NCBI GenBank assembly: GCA_904063045.1 | Contig: CAJFCJ010000016.1 | Coordinates: 806,001 to 870,000 of the forward strand | Source of the DNA: Dimorphilus gyrociliatus | Lineage: Eukaryota; Animalia; Annelida | Length of the DNA: 64,000 bases | Direction of reading: 5' to 3' | In this document: piece after piece, positions 12,830 to 26,289 of the stretch | How the letters are laid out: each line of letters opens with the position of its first letter | Position numbering within the stretch: the stretch's first letter is position 1 | Translations under genes and position numbers: made by a program | Notes under the pieces: model-generated | Seen by the model: only the letters and a program-made list of their open reading frames with translations | Databases searched by the model: none | What the model was told of the DNA's origin: nothing

Positions 12830-13809
12830 CGATAAACAAACGCCACTCTTATCAGGTATTTGTAATAAGCGGGACGGAAAGTTTTATACAAAAGGCGATC
12901 GATGGCTACCTCCTCCTGTTTAACTTATATTTATTCTAATGAATTTTCACTATTAAATTATGTAAAATTCATAATATCAGTATTAAAATCAATGTTTCCT
13001 GCAAAAGCTTTGCTTATTCTAAATCTCCATAGAATAAGAAGCTCGTAACCTTTAGACATATAATTTTGTAAAGTTAATTAAATAATTTTCAAACTATTCC
13101 CTCGTATTTAGATATTATTAATAACAAAGAATATAATACTTTTTTTATACTATTTTCTAAGCTAATCTCGTTCAACAATTTACTATTATTTATTGTTCTG
13201 CCTGAACATGTTGAAACTAGACTGCCACTTTTTTAATCTATTTCCTAAAAAAAGAACGCTACGTTTTTGTGTTCTTTTTTACATTTCGAATATCTCGAAG
13301 AAAGCGTTCTAAATTCTATTCTATTCCATAATTTTTTTAATGACGTCATTCTAAACCTATTGCGATAAAATATAAAAAATAGAACGAACAAATACACTCG
13401 ATTATTTTAATTTTACAATGAATTAAAAATGCTTATGATTTTTGGTTTAAAAATAAGGATAACACTTTTTTATCCTTATTAAAGTCTTTACAGGAAATAT
13501 TGTAGAGATATTGTTTTCATATTTCGCTAATGTTTCTTTCCTTTTTTTTATGGCCTATGAAGTCTTGTGGAAACGTTTCCCTTAGACTGTGACCTCTTGA
13601 AATCGACTATCCGTCCCAGGCGCTATTATGTTCCTCTCCTTCTTTCTTCGAATATCTTTTAATAAAAGCCTAATAAATCATCAAGTTGCCTTATAATTAA
13701 ATTTTATTAGACGTTCCCCGTCGTTACCATTGACAACTTTTACTTTTGGTGAATACACTCTCTTCTATATTATATGTATATATATATTTATTTATTACTT
13801 TTTAGGCGA

Positions 13810-15762
13810 ATGCCGACTAGTGAAATGAATGTTCAAGGTCAAGGTCAGTCGACGGCGTCTAAAACGCCGACGTCTACAATTCTTCAGCAGACTACGGCCA
13901 ACGCTCAGCAATTTATCGTCACGAGTAAGTTTTTGTAAGCGGTGTTTACATAGTTTCTATGGTAGCATGAGAAGGGGAAGCCAGAGGGTGTATGATACTT
14001 TTATGCTATTAATTAGAAAGAGTCAATAGGTATAAAAGTTTTCCGGTGACAATTTCTGTTTTAGGATTGAAATTATTAATTAGGGATTCCGTTACCTTTT
14101 TCTTTTGTGTGAAATCATCAAACCGGTAATGAAAATTGTAATGATAATTACAATTAATGCATATATTACTGTATGCATGTATGTAATTATACATGCATAT
14201 GTATATATAAATGCATTTATATATTATTGTTAAAATTACAGATATACGGATATTCTATTTTCTTTATAAAGCTAATAGTATGTCAGTTAGCGTTTGTCAA
14301 AATGAACAGCTATCCTCATAAAATTAACTTGTAAACACACGAACTTACTAAATAAAACTTCGCAATCGGTTATGTGTCAGGAAAAAAATGATGATTGATT
14401 GGAACATAGTAATTAATTTACATAATACACTGTTTCATCTTTAAATGAGGATATGAATTACAATGCTAGGCCATTTTATTAATTGAACGAAAAAACAGTA
14501 CATATATATATATATATACAGTATATATATAATTATTAAATCTTCGTTTGCCAATTTAGCTGCTTTAGCTATTTTAAGTCAATGGAATATTAAACGTAAT
14601 GAAACTTTTCGACTATAAAACTGATTGGCCTTTAGCTGACAATTGTTTAACTGACTATTCACTAAATTAAGATTAATTAGCTATAATTAATTATGGAAAA
14701 TGAAGTTTTTAATGTGCCTTTTTTTAGTTACTAATCCGTCATCGAATAACAATGGATCTTCTGGAGAGTCAAATTCTGATGAAGGGACAACTGTTCAATT
14801 GCAGAGCGGAAATGGACCTCAAATGATCTACCAATCCAACAATCAATCTCAACCACAGTACGTTGACTCCTTAAGCGACTCCGGCGATGCCGTATCCTAT
14901 CAGTCTGCATCGGCTGCGGAAAATGAAACAACTTTACCTACCGCAATATTACGGTAGGGAAAAAGATGGATTTTGTCGTTTCACTTTTAACTGTTTTCTT
15001 AGGACCACTGCTACCGATCCTTAGCATAAAAATATTTCAATGATATCATTCCTTTGATGTCGCAATTTGTAATCTTAATCGCGCCATCTAGATGTAAAAA
15101 AATACCATATTTCGACTTGCTTACGCTATGTAGTTGCACCAACTCCCAACAAAATATTTAAAGATAGAGTTTAAGAAAGTCGTAAACAAACCGAAGGTAA
15201 TTAAGAATTTAATGCTAGAGCATTGGAGAAATATTATAGAACTATTAAGACATGTATACGCAGAATATCGGTAGTAGTGGGTATCAATTTGTTTGTTCAA
15301 ACACTTATTTCTTTTCTCACCTTCTAATATTCGAGAGCCATCTAACGTTTGTTGTCTACAAAACTTACACTTTTCCATTGGGCACTGGGCAGACTGAATT
15401 GATGATGGCATCATCGGTTTCCTTTCCCAAAGTTTGCAATACTTTGTTTGTTTTGATTTTCATTTACCTCACTTTCTTTTCAAAATAAACAACGTTTGCA
15501 TAAAATTGTTTTACTAGAGGGAAAAAGGTTATTAAAGAAGTGAAGAATGAAATCGAATTGCAAGAAATAGATCTTGTCGTGGACGGAAATGTTTGCAGGT
15601 TCTCATTTAGGCAGTATTGACGGCAATTTATGCAGCTTTCATCATTACTACTCCATATAATTACAATATCATTAAATGATACACGTAAAACTAATAATAA
15701 TAATATGAAATTATATACATGTATATAAACAATATATATATATTTATATATTTATATTAATT

Positions 15763-15798
<36 letters not shown>

Positions 15799-18700
15799 TT
15801 ATGCTGCATAGAAATTGTTGTTTTGGCAAAGCTTTTTATCTTGGTGGTTGCATAATTTCTTTACGGTTTATTTATTATTATTTTTATATTTTGCATGCTT
15901 TATACAACACTGTCGATCATATTTCTATTTTTAACGATTGTCTTTTTTTTTTTACAGACAATATACAGAATATAATTCCAGTGGAGGCATGTACACTCCA
16001 GTAACTGGAGCTACCTACTATCAAACACAAAGTGGTCATGTTCAGGTATGCAAATGGTTCACCGTTTATATAAGAATTCTTAGAAGAGCTTATGTAAAAT
16101 ACAATAATAGTGAAAATTATTTCAAATACTTTTCATATTTATTCTTTTGTATTTACTTCAATAGACTGCGTCAACTGGCCAAATTATCAACCATGGAGGA
16201 AGCATGTTCCTTGTACAAGGTACTAACGTTACTACTGATGGAGGAATAGGTAATCATACGACAAGAGCCTCTCCTGTTACGGTAAATATTAAAAAACTGT
16301 TTATGGGTAACAAATTTTTAAATGGTCACATGATGAATTTTTTTGTTTATTGTAAATTTCTTTTATAACCTACAAATGGAATACTGTATTATCTCTGAAT
16401 AATCTTTACATTTAAAAATTCAATTAACGTATTTTCTCACCATTTTATTTTTTTCACGTGTAACTTTTCAGTTAATTAAAAAAAAAACAAAGAAAGAGTA
16501 ACTACTTTATTTAGGTAAACTATTTAAAAATCAGTCAGTTTAACGTTTGGCTAAGAATAATATTTCTCTTTCTAATTTAAAAACAATACTGTCTATTTAA
16601 TTGAATTAATTTATTATTTACTTCTCGAGTTAACTAGAAACGTACTTAATGGTGAAGAAACGCGATAAGCATAAACAATACTAGATTGTTAATTTCCACT
16701 AACACATATTTGTAGGTTTTTATTTTGGAGGAGGAAAGAATAAGCATAATTTTGTCTAGTGAAAGTTTTTTTATTTAATTTTTCTTTTCAATTAATTGAT
16801 AATATATTTGATTAAACTGAAAAAAAAAGAAAAAATGGAAAAATTGTAAAGGCAACGTGAAGCAGACCACATAATAAAAAAAGAATTTTTTTTTTTAATA
16901 TTTTTATTTTTTCAAAATAGATTCTCTTTTCAGTTTTATGTGTAGACTTCTTTTCTAACATTCGCAGGAACAGAACGGATCTTCTTCTTGCCCTCGAACG
17001 GCCAACTTCGATGCCAAATCGTGGCAAAGAGAAGTGAGTGTTCGGTTTACAAAAAAAACAAAAAAAATGCCTTTCCTGGCCGGGTCTGCATGTTCACGTT
17101 GTCTCTAGCATGTCTAACAATATCATTTTTTGTATTGTATTTAATATCACGTGATGAAGCTTGTTCACTGTTTCTTCAGCGCGAATTGTCGTTGCTTGTC
17201 GCCTTATCGCTGTTAAATTACACTTTGCTTGCTAAAACAGAATTAGTATTTTTTTTAAAGGTTAGACGTAGAACGTTTACTTTCTAAGGTTTAGTCCAAG
17301 TAAATATTCAGTTTTACATCCGTATGCATATATTTGGTAGCAAAACGATAAAACCATATATGTATATGAGGATGTAAATTAACTAATAACTGAAAATGAG
17401 AATACTTTTCGTGTTTCGTCTGAAACGTATACTTTGATATAGCATGTGACCTTCGCTATAGAGAGCAACAATGAGAAAAATAAGAGTCAATGGGTATCAT
17501 TATTACATTTATTAGTTAAAACTGTAATCACAACTTTAAATTAAACATTTTATTTTTTATAAAGTAATACTTTTACTATTCAGTTCTCTTTATTGAAGAC
17601 TGTCTATTTTTCTACAGTATACTATAATAGATTCAAAATATTTCCATTAGATTTTTCTTTTCTCTATTCTATTTTCTATCGTCTATCTAGTATTTTCTCT
17701 GTTGCTCTCTTTTATTATTCAGATACTTGTGTTTCTGTATAACTTACGTATAATAATATTTAAAGACAGAATTTTATACCCGAACGTAGATTATATGAAA
17801 TTATTGTTAATTGGTTGTGTACTAAAATTTCAGGTTCAATGGCTGTTGGATAACTACGAAACAGCGGAAGGCGTCTCTCTACCCCGATCAACTTTATACA
17901 ATCACTATTTACAACACTGCAATGAGCATAAGATTGATCCTATGAATCCCGCTTCGTTTGGAAAGTTGATTCGATCAGTATTTTTGGGACTAAGAACAAG
18001 GCGCTTGGGTACCAGAGGCAATTCAAAATATCATTATTACGGCATAAGGATTAAGGCGTCTTCTAATCTGCATCAATTTCCCGACGAGCAAACAATGGCC
18101 ATGAGACAAACTCCGATGACTCAGGCTGGTAAAAAATTTAAGGGGGCTGGAGCTGGCGGAGTTGTTGGATCAGGAGCGGATTTGAATCCTGATAATGTGA
18201 TATCTGGTATTGATGGACAACACCAACAGTACTTGGGCGATCATTCAGCAGGATTATCGCCATTTGAAAGCATCAAAGTTGAAAATCTTGTATTGCCTGA
18301 AGGTGTTACTATCCACCACGTTCATGCTCTTGAAGAATTGTATAAAGAGCATGCGGAAGCTATTTTAGACGTGGTAGTTAATTTACAGTTTGCTTTAGTT
18401 GAAAGATTATGGCAACAATTTTGGAGGAATGTACCACCGAATCAACCACCCACCGTAGATTCGGACGACGATGAAGAAAGATTACCAAAGAGTACCTTAT
18501 ACGCTTTGTGTAAGCTTGAGCCTGTTCAAAAATTTGTTAAGTCGGCTGACTATAATTTCTATCAAGTTCTCGTCGAAGTACTTATACCCGATGTTCTTAG
18601 ACCTATTCCATCATCTTTGACACAGGCTATAAGAAATTTTGCCAAAAACCTTGAAGGTTGGTTGAGGGAATCAATGACTGGTGTAAACGAAGGTATGACT

Positions 18701-19312
18701 AGTATTCGTTGTGCCGCCGTTAGTGCTTTAGCTCAAACCCTGAGGCGTTACACCTCCTTAAATCATTTGGCTCAAGCAGCACGAGCGGTTTTACAAAATA
18801 CTCAACAAATTCAGCAAATGTTAAGCGATCTAAATAGAGTAGATTTGAATAACGTCCAAGAACAGGCATCATGGGTGTGTATGTGCCCTGATACTGTCGT
18901 TGAAAGGCTGCATCTCGATTTTAAAAATACACTGCAACAGAATCGAACACTAGAAGAGTGGGCTCAATGGCTAGAAAATGTAGTTAGACAACAACTGCAT
19001 CCATATGACAATAGCGGAAATGCCGATCAATTGGCCAAAGTTGCTCGGCATCTTCTCCTCAAATGGAGTTTTTATTCTTCAATGATCATACGGGATTTGA
19101 CTTTGAGATCGGCTGCCAGTTTCGGAAGTTTTCACCTAATAAGACTTCTTTATGATGAATATATGTTCTACTTGGTTGAGCACAGAGTGGCTCAAGCTTT
19201 GGGGGATACTCCAATAGCTGTGATGGCCGAATTAAAAGCTAATCAGACGAGTAAAAGCAGTGTAGTAGGAGCAACGCCTCCGTCGAAACGAATAAAAGTT
19301 TGTCAGCAGTAA
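13810..19312 (+). CDS. RFX: RFX1/2/3-class winged-helix transcription factor, about 674 aa (696 with the cassette exon). Exons 13810-13924, 14728-14953, 15958-16045, 16165-16281, [16968-17033], 17834-19312
   Basis: HTTRASPVT|VQWLLDNYETAEGVSLPRSTLYNHYLQHCNEHKIDPMNPASFGKLIRSVFLGLRTRRLGTRGNSKYHYYGIR is the RFX DNA-binding domain, followed by B/C boxes and the dimerisation domain (LKWSFYSSMIIRDLTLRSAASFGSFHLIRLLYDEYM). Confidence 0.97.
16968..17033 (+). CDS. Probable 66-nt in-frame cassette exon of RFX (EQNGSSSCPRTANFDAKSWQRE)
   Basis: Pyrimidine-rich acceptor ..TTCTAACATTCGCAG|, consensus donor |GTGAGT, phase 0-0, no stop codon; lies between RASPVT and VQWLL. Confidence 0.65.
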
Positions 19313-19770
19313 AGGGAAATATTCTCCCTGTTCGTTTATCTGCTCATTAAAGGTTCTTTTCAAAAAAAAATTTGGTTAGTATTCGGTTTGTAGGAGAAAA
19401 GATTTTGCTTTTTTTTTCTTCTTATACTTTAAACTACTATCTACATTGAAAAAAGAAAACGTCTTAGTTTTTTCTTATTAAATGAACCCTAACATTTTTA
19501 TTTTTTTCTCTTTTTGTTTTTCATTTAATTAATATTTTCTACATTTCATTAAATTGCTACTTACTCATTAATTTAACATAAAAAGGACCATTTATTCGTT
19601 ATAAGGATCAAAAGTTAAAAATCAAAAACACAATGACTAAAATCCTTTCTATAAATAATCAAAGTTCTTCGAAAGTCTAATTAAAGCTTTATTATAATAT
19701 TGATATTTTAACAACTGTATACTAAAGCAAAGGACAATTTATTTTTGACCCAAATGCGAATGAGCAGTCC

Positions 19771-19813
<43 letters not shown>

Positions 19814-21993
19814 TGTATATCTGATAATTTGGCTGCTGATACGTATACTTCTTTGAACCTTTCACGAAAAGTACTTTCTTGAATGTTTGTCTATTTCCAA
19901 TGGTTTGTGTTCATACTTTTTATCATGTTTGTTGAGTTTTTCTTGTGTTTTTTTTTTTTTTGCTTCTGTAAATAAGCTTTATTGTACAGCAAAATTATTT
20001 TGTACAGTACAAGTGCAGTTGTTATAAAAGAAAACTAATTTTACTTTTTTGGTAATAAAGTTGTCACGTTTGAATGTTGAAAGCTTTTTCTTAAGAAATC
20101 GTTATATGAGATGAAATGGATCTATGATTTTAGATTCGTTAAATATGTTTAAAATTGTCACAATTTTTTGAAAAATAATCTTGTTAAAGTTTTATTTCTC
20201 CACTTTCCCTTAATTTTCCACTTAACTTTTATACTTTGTATCGTATTTTACACTCTAAATTCCCTCCTCTCCTTCCCTTCCACTCCAATTATTCAGCATA
20301 CTAAAGTTTCTTCAAATTTCTTTGCTAAAGATACAAAAGACAATCCCTCTCCAATTATCTTTTTCCTATTGTCTTTCTCAAAGCCTATTTACCTTTATTG
20401 TATGAAAAGTAACAGATAAGTGAACTATGTGTACTCCTTATGCAAAATATTCTGTCTTTAAAAACTATTATGCACATGTATAATAATTAATTATGTGAAA
20501 TATACGTAAAGCGTATTTGTTACATATTTATGATGCGTAATTGAAGTTTTTCTGTGTGCACGTCTGGGTCACTCAATTATCAACGTTTTGATAAGAATGT
20601 GTATTGTTTCACAAGGATAAAAATTATGCAATGAATTAATCAATCTTCTATCGAATAATAAAAGGAAAAGCGATTGTTTGTTGAATATTCTCTTACATTT
20701 ACTGTATATTTTATATATGTATATGTATAATCTAGGCCTAAATTTTGTAAAGATGAAAAATGGTGTATTAATACGAATAAGAACACTTTGCGTATATTGT
20801 ATAGAAAGGTTTATATGTACATTTCTATTCATTTACTCTTTTCTCTTTTGCATTATTTCTTTATTCGCCAGATTATTCACAAAAAAAAATAGTTATTTCG
20901 CTTTGATGATAAGAAAGTCAGCAAATAATGATGGTGAGATCACGTTGCGCTCAGTCAGTCGTTTACGATTTCACTGGTATTTTCCTGTTTATGCCATAGT
21001 CGATTTATGTAAAATTTGCATATACTGCATATATAATCTAATGCTTTAAATGCAATATATACAATGTATATACACTCTATATGCTCTTATATTTATATTC
21101 ATTTAAATATAAACCTTCTGAGATGGATAGAGAAGAGTAATTTCTTCGAACAAGCTTTATTAACATTGATAAAATCGTTACCTGATTATGTAATCAATCT
21201 TCCAGTAATTTCAAATTCTCATGTATATTATTAGGATCTTTTATCGATAATTCTATTCCACGCTGAATATTTGGGAAACTTAGGAATTTCTCTTACATAT
21301 TTAAGCCATCTTTCTCATTTCTCTTTGGACTATAAAATCTGATTTCATACCCTTTGTTGGAGGCATTTATTGATTAACTCAACTTTTAAGTTATATCCTT
21401 AATGTTTTTTTTTTATTCCTTTACATCTTCTTCTCCTCCTCCTCCTCTCTCCTTAAATCTCTCTATTCCTCTCCTTTCTCTGTCGCCCTTCTCTTCTTCA
21501 CTTTCTCCTCATTTTTATCTAATCAATTAGATATAATAAAGATTTGTAAAAGGAAAACCGTTACAAATAGCAGTGTGTTGTTGCAGTGATACAAATGAAA
21601 CCTGGGAAGGAAACTATGTAATATAAATCCTAATTGATAAATTTAGTAATCGAGAGGCCAAGTAAAATATTCTCACTTTATCTCTCTTTATTAGATAAGC
21701 TTATGGGATAAAAACACAGTAAATAGTCTAAAAATGGAAATATACAATGACAACTGAACAATTATAGATTGTCTTACAAACGTAAAAGATTCTGGCTAGA
21801 TAAACGGACGAGAGGAGAGAGGAGAAGAGATAGAGATAGAGAGAAAGATAGATAGATAGACGGAAAAATAACTCCACCCCAAGTTAGAATTCGTCTGCTT
21901 CTAGGTTATTACTATTAATATTATTATTATTATTACTATTAAGTTTAAAATTAATTACGGCTTATTAACGTCATTGGCGTATTTTGCAGAAGA

Positions 21994-23879
21994 ATGACGA
22001 ATAAAGAGATAATTGTATCTTCACCTATAGCGGATCTTGAAATACCTGACAATGTGAATTTTTCTTCGTATATTCTGCGAGAGGCGGAAAAGTATTCAAA
22101 TAATACATGCCTGGTTTGTTTATTAGATATCCTATTATAAATACCTTCGAATGGGTGCTTGTAACCGCTAATTTCTGTCCAGATAAATACGGCCTATACT
22201 AGGGAGGAATTAACGTACAAGGACTTTATAGAATTGGTTTATAACTTTGCCCTAAATTTACAAAAACGTTTCAAAAAAGGCGATAGAATAATGACATGTT
22301 TGTCAAACTCTTTTCACGTTCCTATAATTGCGCATGCTTCCATGCTATCCGGAATGATATTCTGTCCTGTCAGTCCATCTTATTCAACAAGTATAGAATT
22401 GCTTTTAGTTACAAACTGCAATTATTACATATTGAATTTGCAGTCGAACTGGAACATGCTGTCAAAATTATCAATCCTCACTGCATATTTGCGGGAAATT
22501 CGACTATTGAAAAATTGAAGAAGATGGCATTAGAAAAAATTTGCAATGTATTTAAAGAATAAATTTAAATTTCTTTTCGCCTTTATGATGTTGACAAATA
22601 TTTCTAGGTCATAAGTAATATTTACGAGATAGATGACTCTGGTAGTGTTGGATCATTTTGTGGATTTTTAAAGGAGAAAACTAGTATAAAACCTACTTTG
22701 GAAACGTGTAACGGGAGAGAACAAGTAGCAGCCATTTTGCTATCGAGTGGTACTACTGGTCTTCAAAAGGCAGTTCAAATAACCCATACAAACTTTATAG
22801 CTCAGAATTACGCTGTCAGGTGTTTAATATAAATTGTTTCCTAACAATTAATACTTTTATATATATTATTTGATGGTAAAAACTACTATAAATCCATAAA
22901 TAATGTATGCTATTACGTTTACATAGGCATCCCTATTATGACGATGGACAACACGGTCAAGAGACTGTTATTGCTACTGTGCCTCTGTTTCATGTTTTTG
23001 GAATAGTTGCTTTTCTATCTAATGCTCTCTTTAAAGGTAACTGATAGGATTAGCTATAAATCCTTCTATTTTACAAACCCTTTTGTTCGCTCTGTCCCCC
23101 TTTAGCTACTGTATATATCCATTATTTCGCCCCCAGGTTATACCATTGTTTTAATGCCTAGATTTCAACTTGAAAAGTATATTGATACTGTTTACAAATA
23201 CAAGGTAGGACTATTCCAAAAGAAGAGAAACTCTATACTCTTCTTTTTATTTTAGCCTTCAAACGTCAACTGTTTATTTATATCATTTATTCAGGCGACA
23301 ATTCTTCACGTTCCTCCAAAGATTGTTGGCCTTTTGGCAACAAATCTCCACATCAATCCAAATCATTTGAAGAGCGTTAAGGAACTTCGAGTAGGCTCCT
23401 CAGCTTTAACAGTGTTAGTAAAATGTCCAGTTCCTTTTTATTCAATTTCTATATATTTCTTAAAAATTCATTTATTAACAGGACTTTGGTAGAGAAAATT
23501 AAGTCCAAGTATCCCTTTATAAAGTGTATTAAACAAGGTTATGGCCTAACAGAATGTACAGCAGTATGCCATATGCAAACTCCAGTTTATGGAAAGCATT
23601 GCGTTATTGGATCAGTTGGATGTTTAGTACCGAATGTGAGGGCAAAGGTTGTCGATATAGATACTAGGAAAAGTCTAGAGGCAAACAAACCTGGAGAAAT
23701 TTTAATTCAGGGACTCGTTGTTACTAAAGGTTATTTTAACAATGACGAAGCTACAAGGAATACTATGGAGGGTAATTGGTTAAAAACTGGCGATATAGGC
23801 TATTACGACAATAAAGGGAATTTTTACGTAATTGATAGATTAAAGGAATTAATCAAATGTAACGGATTCCAGGTAATTT

Positions 23880-23920
<41 letters not shown>

Positions 23921-24335
23921 GAAAGGATAGAAGGTAGACGATCTCCTATTTTTGTAGGTTTCACCCACCGAACTCGAAAACCTTCTGATATCTCTTAATG
24001 GTATTGCGGACGTAGCAGTCGTAGGTATTCCAGACGATCTATCGGGAGAATTACCACACGCCTTTATCGTTAAAAACTCTAAGCTTACTCTAACAAAGAG
24101 AGAAATTATCAATTACATTAACGGTATAATGAACGCTTTTTATACCAGTTTACTTTATATATTTTTACTAATTAACATACGATTTCCCTTTATCAATATA
24201 GACAAAGTATCGTCCTACAAAAGGTTGAGAGGAGTAACGTTCTTGGACGCTATTCCTAGAAATTCAGTTGGAAAAATCCTAAGAAGAGAATTAAAGAAAA
24301 TCGACACTAATGAAAAATTTTATGCAAAACTATAA
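21994..24335 (+). CDS. 4-coumarate-CoA ligase / firefly-luciferase-like acyl-CoA synthetase, 10 exons, about 543 aa, C-terminal PTS1 (AKL). Exons 21994-22113, 22183-22390, 22444-22547, 22608-22819, 22927-23036, 23137-23204, 23295-23413, 23482-23872, 23958-24123, 24202-24335
   Basis: ANL-superfamily motifs SSGTTGLQKAV, VPLFHVFG, QGYGLTE, WLKTGDIGYY..FYVIDRLKELIK, VSPTELE, IPRNSVGKILRR; ends YAKL-stop. Confidence 0.93.
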
Positions 24336-24864
24336 ACTTGATTATGCAGAATTACGTAATAAAATATGTAATTATTCGTCTAATTAACAAACATACATGT
24401 GAATGTATAGTGTCTTCTTCTAATACTCTGTAAGCAATAATTTACTAGTTGATTATTAAATATTAACTACTATGTTAAAACAATAGATTTCATTCATTAG
24501 GCCTATATAATACGATAGAGTAAGCAACTGTAATAAAACAATTCACATTGTGTGCAGGTAATTTGATGAAATTGTATTATCGCTCAGTTAAAATTTGTAT
24601 TTTAACCGCTTAATTAATTATAATAAAAAGAGATTAATTTAATTTTTATAAAAAAAACTATTAAACCTTGTTTATTTGTGTAAAATTAGAAGGAAATATG
24701 GAAAAACGATAAAAATCGAACACTAGGTAACGACCAGATAAAAGTTAAAAAGTTTTGATTAAAATACATCATATAAGTATAAGAGGGAAGAGCTGTTCAA
24801 GTTGATTAGACATAAAGAACGACAGTGAAAGAAAAAACCAGTATCTCCAGTCTATAGAAGAAAG

Positions 24865-26289
24865 ATGTCGACCGAAGATTATAAGTTTACCCTTGAAGCT
24901 AAATACTTGAAAAAGGCGAAAGATGAATTGAACGAAAATGATAGCGATAGAATGGATGCAATAGAGGCATTGAAAAATTGGATAAACGAACAAAAACATC
25001 TTAAATATCCAACTGGCAAGTATTGTTTGTTGTTCTATTACACTAATAATTATATTTAATATTTAATGTATTGTATTACATATACAATATACAATACTTG
25101 GAATTGTTAATTATGTAATTAATGAAGCTATTTTAAACATAGATACAATCAATCTTCTAAGAATTCTAAGATACGCAAAATTCAGTCAAATAAAGGCTAG
25201 ACAAACTATTGAAAATGTTATTCAGTTTGCTTTTAAATATCCCGATATTTTCTTTAATATCGATACAACTGATGAAACTTTCTTAAAGATTGCTAAAACT
25301 GGGTAAAGTATATACATTCTTTTGTTTTTACGACGTCACTAATCACGTGATGTATATCTTTTTTTATTTTCTTTCATTTATTAATTTATCTTTAGGCATT
25401 GCATCCCTCTACCCGGCTACGATGACGAAGGACGAAAAGTTTTATTGTTTAGATCATGTATAATTTCTTACTATTGATAATTTTTTAAAGTTATTATACT
25501 AACCCTGCAATTTACCTTTCATACAGCCGCCCTTCCTTTTGAACATGCTTTAAAAGAATACGGCATAGACGCCTATATGAGGTCATTTCGCGGTTGTTTT
25601 CTATCTTTATTTCAAGATGAAATGACTCAAATTAACGGTGTAGTACTGATTTTGGATATGACTGGTCTATCATTAAGATCAATGACTAAAATGAACGATC
25701 CTAAATTTAAATCGATTGAAAAAGACTCTCAAGTAAATTTCATAATATTCATATTTCATATATTAATAATTTAAAAATAAACAACAAACATAGGAAGCCA
25801 TTATCGGAAGACTTAAATCCTTTCATTTCTATAATATTGGAGGACTTTTTGAGGCGTTCTTCACTCTTTGTAAAGCTGTTATGAAAAAGAAGCTTATCGA
25901 GAGGGTATAATTTATCTCTATTCAAACAGGTACTCTACTTTAATTGTTGTTGAAAAACAGGTCAAGGTTCACGTTAATCTTGAAACCATGTATAGTTCTA
26001 TACCTAAAAGGATGCTTCCGGATGAATATTTATCAGATGATTATACTGGACCATCGGCTGGTTCAATTCAACATCTCATTGGTAAATAATTTCAAAATCA
26101 ATAGAATTGCAACTTGAATAAGAATTTATTTAATTATAAATAGATTTGGAGGTAAAGCGATTAACATCGGAAAAATGTAGAAATTATGTTCAACAGCAAT
26201 TCAAAAGAGAAAGATACTTTTACGATCCAAATTTAAAACCAAGAGAATCTACAGTCGTTCAACATTTTCGTAAATTGAACGTAGATTAA
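24865..26289 (+). CDS. CRAL-TRIO lipid-binding protein (alpha-TTP/clavesin-like), copy A, 7 exons
   Basis: KKAKDELNE..LLRILRYAKFSQ..LPGYDDEGRKV..QINGVVLILDMTG..RLKSFHFYN..KKKLIERVKVH..IPKRMLPDEY..QHFRKLNVD-stop; the first intron needs a GC donor (25016). Confidence 0.92.

Noticed and set aside
15252-15488. ORF MYTQNIGSSGYQ.. resembling the RFX MYSQNTG motif
   Set aside because: In-frame stop just upstream and no phase-compatible acceptor; exon 15958-16045 already supplies the homologous motif.
17702-17833. N-terminal part of the 536-aa ORF in the track
   Set aside because: Intron read-through; homology and the acceptor place the exon start at 17834.
20570-21400. ORFs and splice-like signals between RFX and the acyl-CoA ligase
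   Set aside because: Stops in all frames near the candidate donors and no recognisable protein; at most a divergent non-coding transcript.
21994-24335. Calling the ligase a luciferase
   Set aside because: Family motifs are shared by non-luminescent acyl-CoA synthetases; sequence alone cannot support light emission.
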